A DNA stretch of 53,592 nucleotides from a virus (Duplodnaviria; Caudoviricetes): positions 1-53,592 of IMG/VR virus record IMGVR_UViG_3300043399_000721; one strand, 5' to 3'. Made by a program: the position numbers and the translations under genes. This document shows positions 18,302-27,786 of the stretch, piece by piece; position 1 is the stretch's first letter; the number at the start of each line of letters is the position of its first letter. The notes beneath the pieces were generated by a model. That model saw only the letters and a program-made list of their open reading frames with translations. It was not told the DNA's origin and did no database searches.

Positions 18302-18750
18302 GCAAGGTAAGCACAATATACGACAGGCTGTTGGTTGAGCTTGCTGCCTTATATCCTACCAAAACTAGAATCCCCTATGCCTACTCGCTGCCGGATAACA
18401 ATGCCAGGTTTCTGGTGGATGGCTATGGTCTAACCATTGGCCCTTCCAGTTTCGAGCAGTTCGAGTTTTGTGACTTTATGAATACTAGAGAGGTGAACGT
18501 GGTTCTCACTAAGGAAGTATTCAGAACAGACTCCGACGCATCTGTAATTGATTCAATTACTAAGGCAATATTAGAGAATGTGTACGAGGTGCAGAAACTA
18601 TTCTACTCTTATAATGAGCTTGGTATTCCAAACGATATTGCAAAGGTTGATATTGGTTCGGTTTCAGCAGTTGAGGAAGTCATCTCTGGGAAGCAATCTT
18701 TCTTGAGCATGACTGCATCGTTTAACTTTTATATTATAGAGAAACTTTAA
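18298..18750 (+). CDS. Putative tail terminator protein
   Basis: About 150 aa, directly upstream of the tail tube gene. Confidence 0.5.
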   Translation: MSKVSTIYDRLLVELAALYPTKTRIPYAYSLPDNNARFLVDGYGLTIGPSSFEQFEFCDFMNTREVNVVLTKEVFRTDSDASVIDSITKAILENVYEVQKLFYSYNELGIPNDIAKVDIGSVSAVEEVISGKQSFLSMTASFNFYIIEKL

Positions 18751-18759
18751 GGAGATATT

Positions 18760-20253
18760 ATGACTGTTGGATTGCAAAGAGCGACGGTGTTTGCTCTCAA
18801 AAAAGAAGTAAGCGCAGGCGACTATTTGCCACCAAGTGCAGGGAGTGACTTTGTTCCACTTCGTCCGGGTAATACTTTAAACTTTGCTCCCGAGCAGCTT
18901 GAGTCTGATGAGCTTCTTAATGATATTGGTGCAGCAAAGTCTTTCGTAGGTAAGGAAGCTGTTTCAGGATCACACTCTGCATACCTTCGTCATTCTGGTG
19001 TTGAAGGACAAGAGCCTGAACTTGGCGTTCTTTATGAGTCAATCATGGGAACAAAAGCAGTAGCAGGATCAGAGTTTGCTGCAGTAGCAGGGTCCACTAC
19101 AACAGTCGTAAAAGTTGCTGATGGTACTCAATTTGTTGTTGGCCAGTCGCTTCTTATCAAAGATGCCTCTGCCGGATACTCAATCCGTAACATTAAAAGT
19201 ATTTCAACCAATGATCTTGAGCTTAACTTTGCCCTTTCATCTGCTCCTGTTGCGGGGATTAATCTTGGAAAGTCAGTAACATATATTCCTGCCCCTCAAG
19301 GTCACCCTACATTCTCAACAACTAAATATCTTGGTAATGGACACGCTATTGAAGCATCTGCAGGGAATACTGTAACTGAGCTTTCTATTACTGCAGACGC
19401 AAACGGATTTGGTGAAGCAAGCTTCTCTTATGCAGGAACTAAATACTTCTTTAATCCAATCGTTGTTGATGCATCTTCTAAGTTTCTTGATCTGACCGAT
19501 GATACTGGAACACTTTCTGTTTCAGTTCCTGAGAAGATTTATAAAACTCCTATTGAACTTGCTGATGCACTTCAAACAGCACTTAATGATGCATCTACCG
19601 AGTCATACACAGTAACTTACTCAAACGTTTCAGGTAAATTTACTATTTCTTCAGGCTCTGACGTTCTTGATCTTCTCTGGGATTCTGGCTCAAATTCTGC
19701 AAATACTATCGGATCTAAGCTAGGATTTGATGTTTCTGCTGATGATACAGGGTCTGTTTCATATACATCCGATAATGCGCAATCATTTGCATCTGGAATT
19801 GCTCCGGAATACGATGCTGCAGATGCTATTATTATTAAGGGTGCTGAGCTTTTCATCGGAGATCAAGCAGACAATCTTTGTATCTGTGCTCAATCAGTGT
19901 CACTTACTATTTCTAAAACTGTCGAGGACGTTGACTGTATCTGCGAAGAAACAGGTGTTAAAGAGAAAATTCCTACTGCTAGAACCGCAGAGATGAGTGT
20001 AACAGCCGTTCTCAATAAATATGACGCAAGTCTTCTCGATGCGCTTCTGAAGAACAAAGGCATCTCTGCTATGCTTAATGCAGGACCTAAAGTTGGTGGT
20101 AACTGGGCAGCAGGAAAATGCTTTAATAGTTATCTTCAGAACTGTACTGTTGCATCATATACAACTGCTGGTGATAGCTTCATTCAAGCTGAAATCACAC
20201 TTCGTGGTTATGTAACAACAAGCTCTAAAGATATTTACCTCAATTTCGTGTAG
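18760..20253 (+). CDS. Major tail tube protein with inserted domains
   Basis: 497 aa, strong codon bias; precedes the frameshifted chaperone and tape measure; no sheath gene seen. Confidence 0.75.
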   Translation: MTVGLQRATVFALKKEVSAGDYLPPSAGSDFVPLRPGNTLNFAPEQLESDELLNDIGAAKSFVGKEAVSGSHSAYLRHSGVEGQEPELGVLYESIMGTKAVAGSEFAAVAGSTTTVVKVADGTQFVVGQSLLIKDASAGYSIRNIKSISTNDLELNFALSSAPVAGINLGKSVTYIPAPQGHPTFSTTKYLGNGHAIEASAGNTVTELSITADANGFGEASFSYAGTKYFFNPIVVDASSKFLDLTDDTGTLSVSVPEKIYKTPIELADALQTALNDASTESYTVTYSNVSGKFTISSGSDVLDLLWDSGSNSANTIGSKLGFDVSADDTGSVSYTSDNAQSFASGIAPEYDAADAIIIKGAELFIGDQADNLCICAQSVSLTISKTVEDVDCICEETGVKEKIPTARTAEMSVTAVLNKYDASLLDALLKNKGISAMLNAGPKVGGNWAAGKCFNSYLQNCTVASYTTAGDSFIQAEITLRGYVTTSSKDIYLNFV

Positions 20254-20261
20254 GTTATTTA

Positions 20262-20794
20262 ATGAAATGGCTCGAGAAAAAGACTGATAAAGGTGTGCTG
20301 AAGTATAGGATGCCGAACGTTGTTGAAGGATATGAGTTTCTATCTATGATTGAAGCTGCTACCGATGCGTCTGGATTTTTTCGTGCAAAAGCAAAATTTA
20401 TCGCTAATCTCGGGCCATTACTTGATTTCTCCGGGTGTGGATATTCTACCTATGGAGAACTTCTTGATGATAAAAAAGCAATGATGCACCCATTGTCTGA
20501 GATTTCACAAGAGGTCTTTGATGACATTACGGAAGCTTTGCAAAAAAAAACTTAATTACTGATGCTATATCTGCGGTTAAAAATAACCTACAGATTAATG
20601 ATCTTGAGAAGTTAATAGGTGATAAAAAACAAGCTCAAGATATAATGAAAGTAGTTAGGACTGTTCAAAAATATTGTTATTACGCAAACTCACTTGAGAT
20701 AGGTATAACATACAGACCAACGGATTTGAGTTTTAGTGAATCAATGCTGTTTTCTTGGATTAAGGATGGACTGAGCAATGGCAGAAAAACTTGA
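20262..20794 (+). CDS. Tail assembly chaperone G/GT pair with programmed -1 frameshift
   Basis: G ends at 20555; slippery A9-C run at 20542-20551; -1 frame open (KNLITDAISAV...LSNGRKT) to TGA at 20792-20794. Confidence 0.85.
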
Positions 20795-22703
20795 GTTTGA
20801 CCTAAAAGTAGGATCAAACGAACTACAAAAAGCTATCTCAGATGCAACTACTGGTTCTAAGAAGCTTGGCGACACAATCTCGACGGCACTTGGAACATTC
20901 GGTGGAAGCCTAGCATTAAAAGCATTTGGAGCGCTTGGAACTGCCATAAATAATGCCACTGGATTTATTGAAGATTCAGTAAAAGCGGCCGCAGAACAAG
21001 AATCTGCGTTCAATAAACTTGCTCAGTCATTGCGAATTACAGGTGAATACTCACAACAAGCAATTAATGACTTTGCTGCTTTCGCTTCACAGTTACAAAA
21101 AACATCAGTTTTCGGTGATGAAGTAGTTATCAGCCAGATCGCTATTGCTAAGTCTCTGGGAGCAACAAATGATCAAGCAAAGCAATTGGTTCAGGCAGCG
21201 GCCAACCTTTCCGCTACATTTGGTGGAACATTAGAAGAAAACGTATTCAAACTCGGTAAGACGCTTGGCGGTGTTGTATCTAAAGAGCTTAAAGTTGTAA
21301 TTCCAGAGCTTAAGTCACTTACTGATGAGGCAATTAAAGCTGGTGCAGCTATTCAGCTTGTAAATGATAAGTTTGCTGGTGCAGCAGCCGCAGAAATTAA
21401 CACGTATGCTGGTGGAACAACAGCTCTTAAAAATGCCTTTAGTGATCTTCAGGAAGAGATTGGTTCATTCATCACTAACTCATCAACTGTTAATACTCTC
21501 ATCAAGGGTTTAACTGGAATTTTCCAATCATTAACAAGTTCAGTATTTAACTTTAGAAAAGAATTTCAAGGAATTAATACAGAAACAGAAAAAAATCAGA
21601 AAAAACTATCTGACTTAGGATATGAATATAATCGACTCAAGGATGCAATTGATCAGGCAAGAAAGCCTGTTTTCGATCTAAATGCTGCCCTCGCTACCAA
21701 AGAAGCTCTGCAAGCATCTGGTGTAAAAAATATTCAGGAAGCAGAAATAAGGTTATCTCAAATCCTTCAGGAAAGACTTGCTCTTAGACAAAAGATTAAT
21801 GCAGAAGAATCTGTTACTCCAAAGGCAAAAGCAGTAGCAGACACATCAACTGCACAAGAGATTCAAAGGATCAAAGAGCTTGAAGCTCAGAAAACAATGA
21901 TCATTTCTCAGGCAGAACTTGATCGTCAAAACGCTTTGGTAGAAGCAGCTAATGTTAGAATAGCTAATGAACAAACAAGACAGGAAGCTGAACTTCAAAG
22001 ATCTCTTGCTTATGAAGAACAAAAAAGACAAATTGAACAAGATTTCGCCTTGGCAAAAGCTGATTTAATTCAAAATGATGCAGTAAGAGCTGCTGAAATT
22101 GAAAGAATTAATGCCGAGAATCAACTTAAGATTGTTCAGAATAAAAATAAATCAATCGTTGAAAGTGAAAAACTTCGTTACCAACAACTACAAGACTCAG
22201 CTTTTTATTTTAAAAAGTATGAAGATAAAACAAACAAAGAACGATTAACTGATCTTCAGTCTACATTTGGTCAAATCGCAACATTGTCTCAATCAGGAAA
22301 CAAAACGCTTTCTGCAATTGGTAAATCTGCTGCGATAGCAAATGCAACTATTGATGGGTATGCAGCAGTACAAAAAGCTCTTGCATCGGCACCGCCACCA
22401 GTAAACTTTGCTCTTGCAGCTGCAGTAGGCGCAGCAACAGCGGCAAACGTATCTAAAATTGCAGGAGTAAACTTTCAGGAAGGTGGATTTGTACCACCTC
22501 CGGGAGCATCAAAAGGACCTGACAATCAGCTTGCATCAATAAGAACAGGTGAAATGATCCTAAACGCAGAAGATCAAAGAACATTGCTCACCGCTATCAA
22601 GTCTGGCAATATGGGTATGGGTAATATCGTTATTGAAATTGATGGTAGGGAAATCGCAAAGGTAGTTAGAAACCAAGTTAGATCAGGATATCAAATCGCA
22701 TGA
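20778..22703 (+). CDS. Tape measure protein
   Basis: 641 aa, Ala/Gln/Lys-rich helical protein; C-terminal IEIDGREIAK motif. Confidence 0.9.
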   Translation: MAEKLEFDLKVGSNELQKAISDATTGSKKLGDTISTALGTFGGSLALKAFGALGTAINNATGFIEDSVKAAAEQESAFNKLAQSLRITGEYSQQAINDFAAFASQLQKTSVFGDEVVISQIAIAKSLGATNDQAKQLVQAAANLSATFGGTLEENVFKLGKTLGGVVSKELKVVIPELKSLTDEAIKAGAAIQLVNDKFAGAAAAEINTYAGGTTALKNAFSDLQEEIGSFITNSSTVNTLIKGLTGIFQSLTSSVFNFRKEFQGINTETEKNQKKLSDLGYEYNRLKDAIDQARKPVFDLNAALATKEALQASGVKNIQEAEIRLSQILQERLALRQKINAEESVTPKAKAVADTSTAQEIQRIKELEAQKTMIISQAELDRQNALVEAANVRIANEQTRQEAELQRSLAYEEQKRQIEQDFALAKADLIQNDAVRAAEIERINAENQLKIVQNKNKSIVESEKLRYQQLQDSAFYFKKYEDKTNKERLTDLQSTFGQIATLSQSGNKTLSAIGKSAAIANATIDGYAAVQKALASAPPPVNFALAAAVGAATAANVSKIAGVNFQEGGFVPPPGASKGPDNQLASIRTGEMILNAEDQRTLLTAIKSGNMGMGNIVIEIDGREIAKVVRNQVRSGYQIA

Positions 22704-23458
22704 ATGGATTCGAGATATATGCAAACAATCTGATTTACCAAGCTAAAATCACGGCATCGACTGAGAACGCTCAATTTCCAATATCAAACATTCTTGATCC
22801 ACGCACATCTAAGGTTTTCAGGACTATCGCATCAACTGGAACAATTATTTTCGATTTCAATGAGAAGTCTGAGATTGATTCGTTTTTTATCGTAGGCGAT
22901 AAGCGAAACGGTCTTGGCGTTCACACGATTACTCTTGAGTTCAATCATTTAAACGAATGGGTGACTCCTCCTGAATCTGTATCTGTAACCATAGATGCAG
23001 AGTACAATTCAGGGTTTATTGAGTTTACCAAAAAAGAATATCGCTTCTGCCGCATGGTTATTACATCAACACTTTCTTACTGCGAGATTGCAAATATCTT
23101 TCTTGGAAATAAGCTCGATCTTGGACGGTCAATTAACTTTAATTGGTCAATCAGGGATAATGAACTAAGCAATAAACAGACAAATAGATATGGTCAGGTG
23201 TTCTCGGATATTATTGGAAAGCAGCGCACGGTTAATGCTGGATTGTCTTTGCTCGACAAAGATCAGCTAGATAAAATCAATTATGTTATCGACTTCTATG
23301 GTGAGACACGACCGTTCTTTGTGCGGATCGGTTGTGATAACATGGTAAATAACAATCTAAGGTTCTCAGGATTTTATTACTTCAATGAAATTCCACAGAT
23401 TAGCAACTCATCATTTGGAAGATATAATCTTTCGATGACTCTTGTGGAGGCAACATGA
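22700..23458 (+). CDS. Distal tail (Dit)-like protein
   Basis: Directly follows TMP; N-terminal beta-sandwich, C-terminal YNLSMTLVE. Confidence 0.55.
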   Translation: MNGFEIYANNLIYQAKITASTENAQFPISNILDPRTSKVFRTIASTGTIIFDFNEKSEIDSFFIVGDKRNGLGVHTITLEFNHLNEWVTPPESVSVTIDAEYNSGFIEFTKKEYRFCRMVITSTLSYCEIANIFLGNKLDLGRSINFNWSIRDNELSNKQTNRYGQVFSDIIGKQRTVNAGLSLLDKDQLDKINYVIDFYGETRPFFVRIGCDNMVNNNLRFSGFYYFNEIPQISNSSFGRYNLSMTLVEAT

Positions 23459-23901
23459 GTGTTGTTCTTGTTGAAACACTTCAGGATGAACTTTCGCAAA
23501 ATATTTCGTTTACAGGCGAGGATAGAATTGAAATTGCTGCTTTTATCCCTTATCTCTACATTCATAATCTTTATGGTGCAACTTTCACCTTTGAGATTCT
23601 CAGAGATTCTGCCAGCATTTTCTCGCAGGATTTCACGTCAGAAGAAATAAACCAATCAATAAATGGGTACTATGCGCACATTTTTTACCCAATTGTTCCG
23701 TCAAATCCTGTTCAAATAGAGCCGGGAGACTACATTTTTAAGATAAAAAGAAAGTCAGGCTATTTTGCTGGTTCGAACTTCATCGGATGGTGTAAACAAT
23801 ATTATGATGTTCAAAATGAAATGAGTTACATCCCAAGTAGTGACGAAGAGAATACTTTTGCAATAAGATTTAAAATATACCGTGAAGGGATTAAACAATG
23901 A
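23455..23901 (+). CDS. Tail protein, hypothetical
   Basis: 148 aa, ATGA-coupled. Confidence 0.6.
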   Translation: MSVVLVETLQDELSQNISFTGEDRIEIAAFIPYLYIHNLYGATFTFEILRDSASIFSQDFTSEEINQSINGYYAHIFYPIVPSNPVQIEPGDYIFKIKRKSGYFAGSNFIGWCKQYYDVQNEMSYIPSSDEENTFAIRFKIYREGIKQ

Positions 23902-24317
23902 GAACAGTCACATTTGCAGACGGATTTGTTTCAACATCTGCACCAATAGTGGAAGGAATTGAGCAAGAAACATATCTAATTGAAAATAACCAATTGGCAA
24001 CTGACTTGTTTTCAATTGACGCCACACAATATAAGTCAGCTTTTATTGATTTCGAATTAAGCAGATCAGATGATGTTTCAAGTTATATCCAAACAGGATC
24101 ACTTGTTCTTTTTTACGATGGTACAAGTTGGAATTACTCAATTCTCATGACTCAAAACGATGACATTTTAGCAGAAACTATTGTTGAACCATATAATGTT
24201 GTCTTAACATTTACAACATCAGGAGATGTTGGCACTCTTAGATATGCAAGCGGATCAATGTTTTCCAGCTACACTGGTCAATTAAAAGCAATCGTTTCTA
24301 AGGTAAAGGTAGTTTAA
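23898..24317 (+). CDS. Tail/fibre-associated protein
   Basis: 139 aa beta-rich ORF, ATGA-coupled. Confidence 0.6.
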   Translation: MRTVTFADGFVSTSAPIVEGIEQETYLIENNQLATDLFSIDATQYKSAFIDFELSRSDDVSSYIQTGSLVLFYDGTSWNYSILMTQNDDILAETIVEPYNVVLTFTTSGDVGTLRYASGSMFSSYTGQLKAIVSKVKVV

Positions 24318-26906
24318 ATGAAGGCATTTATTCTCATTATTTTCTCACTTTTCTTATTTGATGCAACTTCACAGATTCCATACAACAAACTTGAAAAGCT
24401 TAAGGTTAGCGACATTGTAGCTAAAAAGCTTAGCGTTGAATCAACTACCATTGGTTCTATTCCATGCCCAGTGATGACAAATTCTCAAATGGAAGCAATT
24501 GGTCTCCCACTTTCAGGTTCATGTGTATTTAATACAAACACAGATAAGCTTCATGTTTATGATGGATCTGCTTGGGTTGAGGTTGGATCAGGTGGTGGGG
24601 CAGGTGGAGGAATTTCCAACTGGGAAACTGCAAAGCTTTATAAAGTTAATGACGTAGTAATTGAGTCATTAAAGATTTATCAATGTAATACAGAGCACAC
24701 ATCCGGAGTGTTTGCTACCGATATTGCGAAATGGGATCTTATCTCCGGTGTCACTCTTGGAGATGCAACAGGGCTTTTAGATGCTTCTAAGATCGGCTCC
24801 GCTGATGTTGATAACACAGAGTTTGGTTATCTTAATAACGTAACATCTTCCATTCAAACGCAACTCAATAGCAAAGAGCCAACAATCACAACTCTTCCGA
24901 TAGCAAAGGGTGGAACAAACTCATCAACTGCTCTTTCTGGTCAAACAATCATGGTTTCAGATGGAACAAAGATTGTTCAAGGACCAGCAGGAACTACAAG
25001 CACTGTTCTTCATGGAAATGCTTCTGGCGCACCATCATACTCTGCAGTCTCTCTTACTGGTGATGTGTCTGGTGTTCTTCCGCTTGCTAATGGTGGAACA
25101 AATAAGAACATGACTGCTGTCAACGGCGGTATTATTTACACTGACGCTGACTCGCAAGAAGTTCTTGCCGCCGGAGCTAACGGACAAGTTCTTCAATCAA
25201 ATGGCGCATCGCCACCTTCGTGGGTGAATAAATCAATTTCAGGTAAATCCGAAGAAAATACCTCTGTTTCAGTTGAGGAAATTCAAACACCAAACTGGCA
25301 GCTTACGAACACCGCCGATGGTAAATACTTAATTGAAACAGGAAATAGTAACCTTCTTAACAACCCATCATTTGAAGATAAGTTTTTTGATTCAGGGTGG
25401 ACACAAACAGTCGGATCACTTTCCGAAGAAACAACAATAAAAATTCATGGAAAAAAGTCATATAAAGCAACACTATCTTCACAGACACTAAATATCTATC
25501 AAGACTCTACGCTTTATGCTTCTCAGTTTGCTGACGGCGTTCAGGGTGTCGCATGGGTAAGGGTTAAAACGTCACTTTCTGGAATTTCAGTCTGTTCAAG
25601 AAACGCAGGTGTCACTTCAACCAACTGTGCAAGCGTAAACAATGACAACAAGTGGATGCTTTACAAGGTTCCGTTTGTTCTTGGTGGAACCTCTAACGGT
25701 ATTGCCATTGTTTCAAGCGGTTCCATCACAGGCGAGGTTATTATTGATGATGCTTATGTCGGAACGGATGCAGGAATTGCGGATGTTAGCACTTGCAACG
25801 ATGTAAACTGCGAAACTGAGTTTAGTTTACAAGCTTCAAATGCTGGTGCAGTTCTTTCTGAAAACTTAGACTGGATAGCAAGCTCATCCGTAACAGATAC
25901 ATCAAGGTACTCTTACACCTTTACTTCTGGAATATTTACTGTTGCACCTAGCTGTGTGGTTTCTGCCGAGCAAGGATCAACAACTGGAGCTTTGGCAAAA
26001 ATTGAATCAATAACAGCTACCGCCGTCACGGTTCGCTTATACAATTCCCCAAACACAAATCTTGCCAATCCTCATAAAATAATTTGTCAAAAACAGGGTG
26101 TTGATTATCTGAATGCTAAGGCAAGAGCAAGCGGTCAAGTCTTCGCCACAAACTGCGGAGCTAATTGTGAGAACGTATTTAGTGCAAAAGTTTCAATCAC
26201 TGGTGCTGTATCGAGTGAGAATTTAGATTTTATAAATAGCTGCTCATTGGCAACATCAACTTTTACATGCACTTTTAATAGTGGTGTATTTACTGTTCCT
26301 CCTGTTTGTAGTCTTGTTACAAACTCAGGGTCGGCCTCTGCGGTGAGGATAAATGCTGCAACAACATCATCCCAATTACAAGCGACTACATTTACAACCA
26401 CAACAGCCGCCGCAACTGCGTATGCTTTTGAAGTGATCTGCCAAAAACAAGGCGCAGACTACACATCATCTCGTCAGATTATCGGTTCATTTAAAGAAGT
26501 GGTAACTGCTCCGGGGATTAATAAGCCGAAGACTTGTTACGCATCTTACGGCGGAGCTAGTGCGACGCTGGCATCCCCAACTGTTTGCTCGACTGGAACC
26601 TGTGTTGAAGTAGAAGACACCTGTGGCGTATTTACTCCTCCATCGTTTACAGTCACGGGAAACTATAGTGGTCTAACCATAGCCAATGGAGCGTTTGCTA
26701 ATAATTCCTCAATAACTTGTGATTGTAAATCATTCTCAACAACCACAGGAATTGTAAGTCAGTGTGAAACTGCCTTCAAAACTTCTGGTCAAACGTGGTC
26801 AACAAACTCAAGCGGCGGCGGTGTTTGGGACATTTGGAGTTTTGGATCAACTGGCGGTTCGGCCAATAGTTATTTCAGAGTAAGATGCGAAGGACAAGCA
26901 CCATGA
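24318..26906 (+). CDS. Fibre/adhesin protein with signal-peptide-like N-terminus and Cys-paired C-terminal repeats
   Basis: LPIAKGGT and LPLANGGT fibre motifs; NLLNNPSFE CBM-like domain; two SENLD...FTV.P.C...ICQKQG.DY repeats. Confidence 0.75.
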   Translation: MKAFILIIFSLFLFDATSQIPYNKLEKLKVSDIVAKKLSVESTTIGSIPCPVMTNSQMEAIGLPLSGSCVFNTNTDKLHVYDGSAWVEVGSGGGAGGGISNWETAKLYKVNDVVIESLKIYQCNTEHTSGVFATDIAKWDLISGVTLGDATGLLDASKIGSADVDNTEFGYLNNVTSSIQTQLNSKEPTITTLPIAKGGTNSSTALSGQTIMVSDGTKIVQGPAGTTSTVLHGNASGAPSYSAVSLTGDVSGVLPLANGGTNKNMTAVNGGIIYTDADSQEVLAAGANGQVLQSNGASPPSWVNKSISGKSEENTSVSVEEIQTPNWQLTNTADGKYLIETGNSNLLNNPSFEDKFFDSGWTQTVGSLSEETTIKIHGKKSYKATLSSQTLNIYQDSTLYASQFADGVQGVAWVRVKTSLSGISVCSRNAGVTSTNCASVNNDNKWMLYKVPFVLGGTSNGIAIVSSGSITGEVIIDDAYVGTDAGIADVSTCNDVNCETEFSLQASNAGAVLSENLDWIASSSVTDTSRYSYTFTSGIFTVAPSCVVSAEQGSTTGALAKIESITATAVTVRLYNSPNTNLANPHKIICQKQGVDYLNAKARASGQVFATNCGANCENVFSAKVSITGAVSSENLDFINSCSLATSTFTCTFNSGVFTVPPVCSLVTNSGSASAVRINAATTSSQLQATTFTTTTAAATAYAFEVICQKQGADYTSSRQIIGSFKEVVTAPGINKPKTCYASYGGASATLASPTVCSTGTCVEVEDTCGVFTPPSFTVTGNYSGLTIANGAFANNSSITCDCKSFSTTTGIVSQCETAFKTSGQTWSTNSSGGGVWDIWSFGSTGGSANSYFRVRCEGQAP

Positions 26907-27400
26907 AAATAAAAGTATTAGTTAAAGAAAAGATCATTGTTTCTCCTTACGTTGCTCCGGTTCTAGCAGAAGACGGTTCAGTTATTACCGAAGAGTCAAA
27001 AGAAGTAGTTCAAGCAGGAAACAAGATTGACGAATCAGGCATACTTTCATCACAGCAGGAAGTGGATTTCTTTATCTCTCAACGTCCTCAATACGTTTGC
27101 GAAGTGGTTGACGCCTCCAATGAATACGCCGCTGCTCAAGGTCTTGAGTACGCTAAGAAGGCCATGGAATGTGGTAAGTCTGCTCAAGCACTCATGCTTG
27201 TTCGCAACGCTGCCAAGAACCTCACAACTGAGCAAGTAAAACAAATCGTCGCTACCTACGCACCAATCAAAGCACTCCTTGACACTGGTTCACTTCAATC
27301 GGCGGTGGAAGAGATTGGAAAGATTCAGGCCGACGGAGTTCTGGTGACAGAAGAAGATAAGGCAGCGATCACCGCTCACATCGGACAGTGTAAACCATGA
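26903..27400 (+). CDS. Putative fibre assembly chaperone
   Basis: ATGA-coupled behind the fibre gene; function inferred from position only. Confidence 0.45.
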   Translation: MKIKVLVKEKIIVSPYVAPVLAEDGSVITEESKEVVQAGNKIDESGILSSQQEVDFFISQRPQYVCEVVDASNEYAAAQGLEYAKKAMECGKSAQALMLVRNAAKNLTTEQVKQIVATYAPIKALLDTGSLQSAVEEIGKIQADGVLVTEEDKAAITAHIGQCKP

Positions 27401-27615
27401 AGAACGTCACCATCATTATCCTTGTTGTAACTGTCTTTGGCCTGATTGGCTGGGACATTTATGCAATGATATATGGTGGTCACGAAACAACAATAAGTAG
27501 TGTTGTTGTAAATTCTTCTTATACATTTCCTGCAATACCATTTGCTGCTGGGTTTCTTATGGGACACCTATTTTGGCGAATGAAGTCAAATAAAGATACA
27601 GATAAATCAGGATGA
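27397..27615 (+). CDS. Small two-TM membrane protein (holin-like)
   Basis: Two hydrophobic segments, GFLMGHLFW, basic tail. Confidence 0.55.
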   Translation: MKNVTIIILVVTVFGLIGWDIYAMIYGGHETTISSVVVNSSYTFPAIPFAAGFLMGHLFWRMKSNKDTDKSG

Positions 27616-27618
27616 TTT

Positions 27619-27786
27619 ATGAATAATGACCAAGAATGGCGAACTCATTTGTTTACTGAGATCAAAGAACTTAGAAAGGAAGTGGGAGAAATAAAGCAAG
27701 AGATGATTTCACTTAAGATCAAAGTTGCAAGCGTTAGCTCTGTTCTTGGTGCAATAGTTTCTTATGTTACCCATAAGCTAATGTGA
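27619..27786 (+). CDS. 55-aa coiled-coil plus C-terminal TM protein
   Basis: MNNDQEWR...LGAIVSYVTHKLM; stop overlaps the next GTG start; not in the ORF track. Confidence 0.55.
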   Translation: MNNDQEWRTHLFTEIKELRKEVGEIKQEMISLKIKVASVSSVLGAIVSYVTHKLM

